Positions 10,801-19,072 of a stretch of DNA of 64,000 nt are shown one piece after another; position 1 is the first letter of the stretch, and each line of letters starts with the position of its first letter. Position numbers and translations under genes: made by a program. The notes under the pieces are model-generated. The model did no database searches, had not been told where the DNA came from, and saw nothing but the letters and a program-made list of their open reading frames with translations. This stretch comes from Escherichia coli (lineage in GTDB: Bacteria; Pseudomonadota; Gammaproteobacteria; Enterobacterales; Enterobacteriaceae), in NCBI RefSeq assembly GCF_036507355.1, contig NZ_AP027877.1; one strand, given 5' to 3'.

Positions 10801-11724
10801 GTGTTTTTTGAATATATAACAGGTAAAACTATGTCCTGGCTTAATTCTGTCTTATTGGCGCTTACCTCGGTGCAACCTTATATGGTACCGGCAACCGTTA
10901 TCGGCCTCGTCAGTTTTGCATTCCTCTGTTTTATTTTCTTTTATTTTTTTAGAGCAGTTAAAATTATTAACGGCCTGAAAAAATATACTCAGTCAATTAA
11001 TGGCATCGAAAATAATGAGCCTGGTAATCAGCTTCAGCATCTGCAAAGTTTGTTTGTACAGCCTGAGTTAAAGCACGCCTGGAATGAATTCGAAGAATCG
11101 TTGCACTCACAATATGAACTGGAGGACGGGGAAGAGAAAATCGTCCGTATTAGGGCTACTGCACCGAGCGCCAGTTTCTTCTCGGAGCAACAACTGGTCG
11201 ATATTCCGCTGAACACCGAATTTTTCAAACACCTGCCCGGTATTCTGACCGGTGTGGGGATTATCGGTACCTTCTACGGTCTGATGATTGGTCTCAACCA
11301 CTTCGACCCCAGCACACCAGAGCAGGTCTCCAGCAGCGTCAATAATCTGCTTCGCGATGTGCTGTACGCCTTCCTCGGTTCAGCATTTGCGATTACGTTC
11401 TCTATCCTTATCACCTGGCTGGAGAAATTCTGTCTGGCGAAATGCTACAAATATCTGGAAAAATTCACCGCAGCTCTCGACGCCCTCTATGACAGCGGTG
11501 TTGGCGAGGAGTACCTTGCCTCACTGGTAAAATCCAGTAATGAAAGCGCGACCCAGGCACGCCATCTGAAAGAGAGCCTGGTTACCGATTTACGCGATAT
11601 GCTGCTGCATCTGGCCAACAGCCAGAAAGTGGAAAACGAGCGGCTAGCGACCACCCTCAGCACCACCTATCGCGAAACAGGACAACAGTTTGCCGAGCAA
11701 GTCAGCGGTGCGATTGAAAACTGA
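10801..11724 (+). CDS. MotA/TolQ/ExbB-family proton-channel (stator-like) membrane protein (about 297-307 aa)
   Basis: Three predicted TM helices with TolQ/ExbB-like spacing. TM2 carries the family signature (LPGILTGVGIIGTFYG, compare TolQ GLFGTVWG). The stop codon TGA is formed by the first three bases of IS629, so the 3' end is disrupted or altered by the IS. Confidence 0.55.
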   Translation: MFFEYITGKTMSWLNSVLLALTSVQPYMVPATVIGLVSFAFLCFIFFYFFRAVKIINGLKKYTQSINGIENNEPGNQLQHLQSLFVQPELKHAWNEFEESLHSQYELEDGEEKIVRIRATAPSASFFSEQQLVDIPLNTEFFKHLPGILTGVGIIGTFYGLMIGLNHFDPSTPEQVSSSVNNLLRDVLYAFLGSAFAITFSILITWLEKFCLAKCYKYLEKFTAALDALYDSGVGEEYLASLVKSSNESATQARHLKESLVTDLRDMLLHLANSQKVENERLATTLSTTYRETGQQFAEQVSGAIEN

Positions 11725-11775
11725 ACCGCCCCGGGAATCCTGGAGACTAAACTTCCTGAGAAAGAGGTAAACAGG

Positions 11776-12102
11776 ATGACTAAAAATACTCGTTTTTCCC
11801 CCGAAGTCCGTCAACGGGCAGTCCGTATGGTTCTGGAAAGTCAGAGCGAATATGACTCACAATGGGCGACAATTTGTTCCATTGCTCCAAAGATTGGCTG
11901 TACGCCGGAGACTCTGCGTGTCTGGGTTCGCCAGCATGAGCGGGATACCGGGGGCGGTGATGGAGGGCTCACCACCGCTGAACGTCAGCGTCTGAAAGAG
12001 CTGGAACGTGAAAATCGTGAACTGCGCCGCAGTAACGATATCCTTCGCCAGGCTTCCGCTTATTTTGCGAAGGCGGAGTTCGACCGCCTCTGGAAAAAAT
12101 GA
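11776..12102 (+). CDS. IS629 OrfA (helix-turn-helix transposase N-terminal protein)
   Basis: [23 protein letters not shown]...; IS3-family OrfA with a leucine zipper near the C-terminus. Confidence 0.85.
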   Translation: MTKNTRFSPEVRQRAVRMVLESQSEYDSQWATICSIAPKIGCTPETLRVWVRQHERDTGGGDGGLTTAERQRLKELERENRELRRSNDILRQASAYFAKAEFDRLWKK

Positions 12103-12989
12103 TGCCACTGCTGGATAAGCTGCGTGAGCAGTACGGGGTCGGACCGCTATGCAGCGAACTGCATATTGCCCCGTCAACGTATTACCACTGTCAGCAACAG
12201 CGACATCATCCGGATAAACGCAGTGCCCGTGCGCAGCGCGATGACTGGCTGAAGAAAGAGATACAGCGCGTATACGATGAAAATCACAAGGTATACGGTG
12301 TGCGTAAAGTCTGGCGTCAGTTGTTACGGGAAGGTATCAGAGTGGCCAGATGCACTGTGGCACGTCTCATGGCGGTTATGGGACTTGCCGGTGTTCTCCG
12401 GGGTAAAAAGGTCCGTACGACCATCAGCCGGAAAGCCGTTGCCGCAGGCGACCGCGTAAACCGTCAGTTCGTGGCAGAACGACCTGACCAGCTGTGGGTG
12501 GCTGATTTTACTTACGCCAGCACATGGCGGGGCTTCGTCTATGTGGCGTTCATCATTGATGTGTTTGCCGGATACATCGTGGGGTGGCGGGTCTCATCGT
12601 CCATGGAAACGACATTCGTGCTGGATGCACTGGAGCAGGCGTTATGGGCCCGTCGACCGTCCGGCACGGTCCATCACAGTGATAAAGGTTCTCAGTATGT
12701 ATCGCTGGCCTACACACAGCGGCTTAAGGAAGCCGGATTACTGGCATCAACAGGAAGTACAGGCGACTCGTATGACAACGCGATGGCGGAGAGCATCAAT
12801 GGTCTTTACAAAGCGGAGGTAATACACCGTAAGAGCTGGAAAAACCGTGCAGAAGTGGAACTGGCCACACTCACGTGGGTGGACTGGTATAACAATCGAC
12901 GATTGCTGGAAAGGCTGGGCCATACTCCTCCGGCAGAAGCAGAAAAAGCTTATTATGCTTCCATCGGAAACGATGATCTGGCAGCCTGA
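12099..12989 (+). CDS. IS629 OrfB (DDE transposase; expressed by -1 frameshift with OrfA)
   Basis: IS3-family integrase/DDE core (WVADFTY... HSDKGSQY... DNAMAES); overlaps orfA in the -1 frame. Confidence 0.85.
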   Translation: MMPLLDKLREQYGVGPLCSELHIAPSTYYHCQQQRHHPDKRSARAQRDDWLKKEIQRVYDENHKVYGVRKVWRQLLREGIRVARCTVARLMAVMGLAGVLRGKKVRTTISRKAVAAGDRVNRQFVAERPDQLWVADFTYASTWRGFVYVAFIIDVFAGYIVGWRVSSSMETTFVLDALEQALWARRPSGTVHHSDKGSQYVSLAYTQRLKEAGLLASTGSTGDSYDNAMAESINGLYKAEVIHRKSWKNRAEVELATLTWVDWYNNRRLLERLGHTPPAEAEKAYYASIGNDDLAA

Positions 12990-13153
12990 GTTCACAGATA
13001 AAACACTCTCCAGGAAACCCGGGGCGGTTCACACTATTATTTCTCCGGTTAGCCTACAACAACGTTTTTATCAGAAGCTCAACCAGCAGATAATAGAAAT
13101 GAAAAACCCATTGCAGTGAAATTATTTTTGACAACATACAGCAGGAGTAAAAA

Positions 13154-13999
13154 ATGTTACGTGGTTCAGAAAGAAAAGAAGCATTAGCCAGTCTCAAAAG
13201 TGCAACTAACCGTTATGAAGTACAGGCTAAAGACACCCAGGATGAGATCACTGCCCTCTTTCTGTTACGCCAGAAATGCAGTAAGGACCTGATTGCCCGT
13301 GGTGAAAATTTTGTTAATCGACTGGCGAATACACCGAAAGAGTTTGATAAATCCTGGAGCGAATTGAAAGCGGAAATCGCTGAATTTGATAACGTGGTGG
13401 AAAAACTGGAAGAAGAATACCGCGCATCACATATTGGTAAAGGAACGGCTGCTGCGGGGGTTGCCGTTGGGGCGGGGGTCGCCGCATTTGCCCCTACGGC
13501 TGCGCTGGCGGTCGCAACAACTTTTGGTACAGCATCCACGGGTACCGCTATTGCTACGTTAAGCGGAGCTGCCGCAACAAATGCAGCCCTGGCATGGCTC
13601 GGCGGCGGCGCACTGGCTGCGGGTGGCGGTGGCATGTCAGCAGGAAGCGCACTACTGGCTCTGGCGGGTCCAATAGGCTGGGGGATTGGTGCTGTAGGCA
13701 TCGCTGGCGGAACCTTACTAGCCCGTCGCAAAAACGGTAAAATCATTGATGAAGCACAACAGGAAGAGCGCCAGGTTCGCGCAAAAACCAGCGAACTTCG
13801 CGTGATGGAACGTGGTGCGCAAGAACTCAAGATGCTCACATCCGAGCACTATCATGGTACTGAAAGCATTATTGATGTGCTGGAAAAGGCTGCGCCTCAA
13901 GACTATTGCCAGTTTAATACCCATCAGAAAGATCAATTAGGGGCATTGATTAACCATATCAATGCATTATCAAAACTGATCAACAAGAAAATCCAGTAA
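13154..13999 (+). CDS. Hypothetical protein with central Gly/Ala-rich glycine-zipper membrane segment (281 aa)
   Basis: Helical N- and C-terminal regions flank a Gly/Ala-rich hydrophobic stretch of about 100 aa (GTAAAGVAVGAGVAAF ... GWGIGAVGIAGG). Its stop overlaps the next start (TAATG). Confidence 0.5.
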   Translation: MLRGSERKEALASLKSATNRYEVQAKDTQDEITALFLLRQKCSKDLIARGENFVNRLANTPKEFDKSWSELKAEIAEFDNVVEKLEEEYRASHIGKGTAAAGVAVGAGVAAFAPTAALAVATTFGTASTGTAIATLSGAAATNAALAWLGGGALAAGGGGMSAGSALLALAGPIGWGIGAVGIAGGTLLARRKNGKIIDEAQQEERQVRAKTSELRVMERGAQELKMLTSEHYHGTESIIDVLEKAAPQDYCQFNTHQKDQLGALINHINALSKLINKKIQ

Positions 14000-15444
14000 T
14001 GAGCATTAACCATAATACAGTTGGCGACCAGCTTATCGGCAGCGCGGTTAACGCCATTAATCAGACCCGCATTGATAATGAACTGTTAAAACTATCGCAG
14101 CAGGATCGTGCATTTGAGTTGGCTGGCGAACAAATGCAAAAGGTGCGTGATTTCATCGCGTCACCGGGTAACATCCTGGGCTCAATGAGCACCAAACACG
14201 GTGAAATTGCTGAGCAGGTAGAAGTTGGCGTGCGCAATGCTCGCCAGGCAATAGAAGAAAGGGTTCAGGATGCCTCTGATCTTAGCGCCACGTTTGACGG
14301 AGTGGGTCGAACCGCTCCGGCGGATTATATGATAGATGGCGTTGACGTGCAGTCAAAGTTTATCAACGGAGTTAATAATAACCTGAACCATGTCCTTCAG
14401 CACATGGAAACCTATCCCAATTTCACCCGGGGAGAATCCTTTTACCATATCCCCAAAGACTCCTGGCAAACGATTCAGGATGTTATTGATGGGAAGCCGG
14501 TGGAGGGCTTGAGCGAAAAAACAATACAGGCTATCAGGGATAAAGTTGCAGAAATTGAAAGTACAACGGGAAGATCCTTTAATGATGTCGTGCGTCCTGG
14601 AGTTTCTGATTACAAAGATGTTCAGTGGGGAAAAATTGACGAAACTCTTGATAAACATGATCAGGAATTAGCGGAACAGAACGAGGCAAAAAAAGCAGAA
14701 ATTATTGACGATCACCAACCCTCCCTAAGTGAAGGCATGCGTGCAACCGCAATGGGAGCCGCTTTCGGTGGAACCTTTGCTCTTGTAACAGGTATATATA
14801 GCAAATACCGTGACGGTAAAAATATATTTCGTGGAGATTTCAACAGACAGGACTGGCAGGATGTCGGCTTAGATACATTGAAAGGTGCCGCTATTGGCGG
14901 TGTATCCGCCGGAGCAATTTATACCCTGACCAATTATGCCTCTCTGGGAGCACCGTTCGCCAGCGCGCTGGTCACTGCCGCTAAAGGTGTAAGCAATCTT
15001 GCTCTCTCCTATCAGCGCGGTGAGATTAATGCTGATGAATTTACCGATCTTGGCCTTATCATCTGCGCGGAATCGGCCATCGTTGGCGCAATGTCTGTCG
15101 CAGGTCAGGCAATCATCCCTGTGCCTGTTTTGGGGGCATTGGTTGGTTCTATCTCAGGGAAGTTTATGGTTACCGTAGCTAAAAATCTGGACAGTAAAGC
15201 ACGCCAATTGCTGGCGAAAAAAATGGAGCAATTTACATGTCGCTTAAGTGAGATTGAGCAGAAAGCACTCAACCGAATTTTGAACGAGTTCGCGGCGCTG
15301 GGTGAGCTTACCGCAGCTGCATTTAGCGTGGAAAACAATCGCCGGTTGCTGGAAGCAAGCATCACGCTTGCCCAAGCCCACGGTGTTGAAGAGGCGAAGA
15401 TAATCAAAAATGCGGATGATCTTGACACATTTATGATGGCGTAG
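13999..15444 (+). CDS. Hypothetical protein with C-terminal glycine-zipper membrane segments (481 aa)
   Basis: Soluble N-terminal region of about 240 aa, then several Gly/Ala-rich hydrophobic segments (GAAFGGTFALVTG, GAAIGGVSAGAIYT, AIVGAMSVAGQAII). Translationally coupled to the upstream gene. Confidence 0.5.
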   Translation: MSINHNTVGDQLIGSAVNAINQTRIDNELLKLSQQDRAFELAGEQMQKVRDFIASPGNILGSMSTKHGEIAEQVEVGVRNARQAIEERVQDASDLSATFDGVGRTAPADYMIDGVDVQSKFINGVNNNLNHVLQHMETYPNFTRGESFYHIPKDSWQTIQDVIDGKPVEGLSEKTIQAIRDKVAEIESTTGRSFNDVVRPGVSDYKDVQWGKIDETLDKHDQELAEQNEAKKAEIIDDHQPSLSEGMRATAMGAAFGGTFALVTGIYSKYRDGKNIFRGDFNRQDWQDVGLDTLKGAAIGGVSAGAIYTLTNYASLGAPFASALVTAAKGVSNLALSYQRGEINADEFTDLGLIICAESAIVGAMSVAGQAIIPVPVLGALVGSISGKFMVTVAKNLDSKARQLLAKKMEQFTCRLSEIEQKALNRILNEFAALGELTAAAFSVENNRRLLEASITLAQAHGVEEAKIIKNADDLDTFMMA

Positions 15445-15480
15445 CACTCGAATAAAAATTACAGCAAGGATAAAACCACA

Positions 15481-18003
15481 ATGCTACAGATAATTGGTGC
15501 GTTAATTTTACTGGTAATCGGTTTTGTTATTATAAAAGCGTTGTTTAAGGCATCTCTCAATATTCTAGGTGTGATATTAGGATTGGGTGCATTGATTGTT
15601 GCAGGCCCACCTTTATTGGCGGGCTATATTGTAGAGCGCGTAACCTATGCGCTTCACTCACGTTGGCTGCTGGGTGTACCTCTTGCCATAGCAGGAATGG
15701 TGATTAGCTTTATGTGGGGACTTGATGGTAAACATATTGCCTACGAAGCCTATTCATTTGATTCAATGAAGTTTATTTTAACCGCTGCATTTGCCAGTGG
15801 CCTGCTTGCAGTACCTGTACAAACCAAGGCTATTCTACAAAACGGGCTTATACCAGCCGATATCAATGCCAAACTTAAAGAGTATTATTGCTGTTTTTAT
15901 ACGTCTTACTTTTTGATGGCCTGCTCTGCGGCTACACCGTTTATAGCCTGGCAATATAATATCTCATCTTCACTGATGTGGTGGACAGGATTGCTATACT
16001 GGATAGCAGCCTTACTGACACAGTTCTATGCGGCAAACCAAATTCAGGAACTCAAGAAGTTAACTAATGCCATCAATACAGGGTTAAATGAGCAAAAAGC
16101 GATCAATAACCAACTTTGGCTGACGGAACTAAAAGAAGGAAGTAACCTCTCAGCAGAATTCGTAGAGACTATCTATCTTAAGTTGGTCTCACAGCATATT
16201 TTTCAGGGCGATACTCGAGAGCAGGATCTGGCTGGTGAAAACTGGCTTTTAAATGATGCCTGGTATGAAAGAAAGATGGCTGAATTTAATGAGCAGTTAA
16301 ACAGTAAAATTGTACACTCATCAGATGAGCTAAGAAGCCTTTTTGGTAATAGGCTGAATTTACCCTCTGCTGCGAATGATGATCTCCTGAACCGTTATCT
16401 TGATGGTGGGAACTATTATTCTTTTTCGGATGGTCGAAAATTTGTCTCGTTTCACTATGTCGACGAGCTTTGTACCTGCACTTCATGCGGTTTGAGCGAG
16501 ATTAAAAACGCAAAACACCAGGACGGTTGTGGGAGCCAGGAATGGTATTGCTCTGATATTTGCCGGGAAACGGAAAAACTCTGCATTGAAATTCACAAGC
16601 GACCACAGGCTGAATTTATTTCCAGTGCAGCAACAAACGGTCTGATTCTCATGACGCTCCCGGAGGCCTGGAATACTAACGAAAAAATGTTTGCAGTGGG
16701 AGGACAAGGACATGGTTTTGCAGCCGAACGGGGAAATCATCTTACTGACAAAATCCAACTAAAAGATGCACATATTCTCGGTGATGATAATGCGAAAAAT
16801 GGTGCAGACAGGCTGGTTAACGGTTCAGAGATTCAGACCAAATACTGTGCAACCGCTGCACGTAGCGTCGGTGCTGGTTTTGACGGACAAAACGGTAATT
16901 ATCGCTATTATGACAGTAACGGAACCCCAATGCAGTTAGAGGTTCCGAAAGACCAGTATTCGAAAGCGCTTGAAACGATGGAGAACAAAATTCGCGATGG
17001 CAAAGTCCCCGGCGTTACCGATCCTGCAGAAGCCACAAAACTTGTACGTCAGGGACACCTGACTTATAGCCAGGCACAAAACATTACTAAGTTTGGCACG
17101 TTCGAATCTATCACTTACGACATTGCGGAAGGATCTATCATCAGCCTCGCAGCTGGAGGTATCAGCTTCGGTCTGACAGCTTCTATTTTCTACCTCAATA
17201 CCGGCGATCGTAAGGCTGCGTTGCAAACGGCAGCAATACAGGCAGGTAAAACATTTACCCGCACACTGACAGTTTATGTGACGGTACAGCAATTACACCG
17301 TATCAGTGCCGTTCAGGGGTTACTTAAAAATATTGATTTTGCCGCTGCCAGCCCGACAGTTCGTAATGCGCTTCAACAGGGAGTCGGAGCTAACAATCTC
17401 AACTCCCTTAACAAGATGATGCGTGGCACACTGGTTACCTCTTTCGCACTGGTCGCCGTGACCACTGGTCCGGATATGATCAAAATGGTGCGAGGTCGTA
17501 TTTCTGGGGCACAGTTTATAAAAAATCTGGCAGTTACTTCATCTGGTGTGGCTGGGGGGGCAATTGGTTCTATTGCTGGCGGAATGATGCTTAGTCCATT
17601 AGGTCCTTTCGGTGCTTTAGCAGGACGCGCAGCTGGTGGCTTGTTAGGCGGTATGATTGCCACAGCGATTTCCAAAAAAATAGCGGGTGCACTGGTTGAA
17701 GACGACCGAGTAAAAGTGCTGGCTCTCATCCAGGAACAGGTTACATGGCTTGCAACAAGTTTCATGCTTACAGCACACGAACTTGAAAACCTGAACGCGA
17801 ATCTGGCAACAGTAATTGACCAAAAAACCCTGGAGGTTATCTTCGCCGCAAAAGAGCAAGACCGAGCAACGGCCAATATGCTGATTAAACCACTTGTAGT
17901 AAGTGTGGTTAAGCAACGACCGGTCCTGAGCTATGAACAATCGCAAATCTGCGAAATGGTCGATCAGCTTGATACATCGGTTTCATTATCTGCTGTTGCA
18001 TAA
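15481..18003 (+). CDS. Hypothetical large membrane protein (840 aa): N-terminal multi-TM domain, Cys-rich zinc-ribbon-like segment, C-terminal glycine-zipper region
   Basis: About six N-terminal hydrophobic helices; Cys cluster CTCTSCGLSEIKNAKHQDGCGSQEWYCSDICRETEKLC; C-terminal Gly-rich segment SSGVAGGAIGSIAGGMMLSPLGPFGALAGRAAGGLLGG. Confidence 0.5.
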   Translation: MLQIIGALILLVIGFVIIKALFKASLNILGVILGLGALIVAGPPLLAGYIVERVTYALHSRWLLGVPLAIAGMVISFMWGLDGKHIAYEAYSFDSMKFILTAAFASGLLAVPVQTKAILQNGLIPADINAKLKEYYCCFYTSYFLMACSAATPFIAWQYNISSSLMWWTGLLYWIAALLTQFYAANQIQELKKLTNAINTGLNEQKAINNQLWLTELKEGSNLSAEFVETIYLKLVSQHIFQGDTREQDLAGENWLLNDAWYERKMAEFNEQLNSKIVHSSDELRSLFGNRLNLPSAANDDLLNRYLDGGNYYSFSDGRKFVSFHYVDELCTCTSCGLSEIKNAKHQDGCGSQEWYCSDICRETEKLCIEIHKRPQAEFISSAATNGLILMTLPEAWNTNEKMFAVGGQGHGFAAERGNHLTDKIQLKDAHILGDDNAKNGADRLVNGSEIQTKYCATAARSVGAGFDGQNGNYRYYDSNGTPMQLEVPKDQYSKALETMENKIRDGKVPGVTDPAEATKLVRQGHLTYSQAQNITKFGTFESITYDIAEGSIISLAAGGISFGLTASIFYLNTGDRKAALQTAAIQAGKTFTRTLTVYVTVQQLHRISAVQGLLKNIDFAAASPTVRNALQQGVGANNLNSLNKMMRGTLVTSFALVAVTTGPDMIKMVRGRISGAQFIKNLAVTSSGVAGGAIGSIAGGMMLSPLGPFGALAGRAAGGLLGGMIATAISKKIAGALVEDDRVKVLALIQEQVTWLATSFMLTAHELENLNANLATVIDQKTLEVIFAAKEQDRATANMLIKPLVVSVVKQRPVLSYEQSQICEMVDQLDTSVSLSAVA

Positions 18004-18166
18004 TGAAAGGTATAAATTCATTACCATCGTGATATGGTGCTTCAGACGAAGCAAACTTAAATACCATTAACCCCATGATACTATTGTAAAATCCAAAAAA
18101 AATAATAGTAATCATCATAATGAACTGGTTCGAACAGACTGCGGAAGAGTATGGAGAATTAACAAA

Positions 18167-18186
18167 TAAGGGGGCATTTGCCCCCT
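18167..18186. terminator. Candidate bidirectional rho-independent terminator between the 840-aa gene and arsC
   Basis: Perfect 8-bp GC-rich stem AAGGGGGC/GCCCCCTT with a 4-nt loop, flanked by T-rich sequence on both strands. Confidence 0.5.
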
Positions 18187-18192
18187 TCATCA

Positions 18193-18618
18193 TTATTTCA
18201 GTCGTTTACCTGCATCATCAACGACTTTCTCGCCGTCTTCCTTAGCAAATGCGCCTTTTTGCGCATCCGGAAGAATATCCAGTACCACTTCGGAAGGACG
18301 GCACAGACGCGTTCCCAATGGTGTCGCCACAATCGGGCGATTAATCAGGATCGGATACTGAAGCATAAAATCGACTAACTGATCGTCAGTAAACTTATCT
18401 TCCGCAAGCCCCAGTTCTTCATAAGGTTCAACATTTTTACGCAATAGTGCCCGTACCGTTATCCCCATATCTGCGATGAGTTTGAGCACCTCATCGCGTG
18501 AAGGTGGATTTTCAAGGTAAAGAATAACGTTCGGTTCAGTACCGCTGTTGCGGATCATCTCCAGCGTATTACGCGACGTGCCGCAGGCTGGGTTGTGATA
18601 AATAGTGATGTTGCTCAT
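18193..18618 (-). CDS. arsC: Arsenate reductase ArsC (141 aa)
   Basis: MSNITIYHNPACGTSRNTLEMIR... with the catalytic Cys in the HNPACGTSR motif; recognised as enterobacterial ArsC. Confidence 0.85.
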   Translation of the reverse strand: MSNITIYHNPACGTSRNTLEMIRNSGTEPNVILYLENPPSRDEVLKLIADMGITVRALLRKNVEPYEELGLAEDKFTDDQLVDFMLQYPILINRPIVATPLGTRLCRPSEVVLDILPDAQKGAFAKEDGEKVVDDAGKRLK

Positions 18619-18630
18619 ATCAATATCTCA

Positions 18631-18840
18631 TTACAAAGTGAAAGAGAGACGTAGCGCCAGCGCGGCCAGCGTTACAAACAGCACAGGCAGAGTCATGATG
18701 ATCCCGGTGCGGAAATAGTATCCCCAGGTGATGGTCATGCTCTTCTGTGAAAAGACATGCAGCCAGAGTAGCGTTGCCAGGCTACCAATAGGTGTAATTT
18801 TCGGCCCCAGATCGCAGCCAATCACGTTGGCATAAATCAT
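18631..18840 (-). pseudogene. arsB: arsB 3' fragment (C-terminal about 69 codons of the arsenite efflux pump)
   Basis: Encodes only the hydrophobic C-terminal end of ArsB immediately upstream of arsC. No arsB 5' region or arsR is present, so the ars operon is truncated here. Confidence 0.7.
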
Positions 18841-19072
18841 CGCCTCTTTGATAACGCATCATACTGCCAGCGGAATAACTCTCTTCGTCAATACGGCTCT
18901 CGCTGTACGCTTACCCATCTAGAGAGGTTTCAGGTGATTATCGATGTCAGAAGACTGAATGATTCAGTCGTTTACTTTGAGATAGATCAGAGGTTTTTCA
19001 CTACCTGTGTTCATCACATGGCTACGAATAGTAGAATCCAAGCATAAATTAACGCTTAGAAAAGTTGAGCTC

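Larger units (their letters stand above)
11722..13031 (+). mobile_element. IS629 (IS3 family, 1310 bp)
   Basis: Terminal inverted repeats TGAACCGCCCCGGGAATCCTGGAGA ... CTGGAGAGTGTT-like/CCCGGGGCGGTTCA; OrfA and OrfB recognised as IS629/IS1203-type. Flanking triplets AAC and CAC do not form a perfect 3-bp duplication. Confidence 0.85.

Noticed and set aside
13213-13839. 208-aa Ala/Pro-rich ORF on the - strand
   Set aside because: Mirror-image ORF produced by the GC-rich Gly/Ala codons of the + strand gene at 13154-13999.
17373-17876. 167-aa ORF on the - strand
   Set aside because: Antisense shadow of the Gly-rich C-terminal region of the 840-aa gene.
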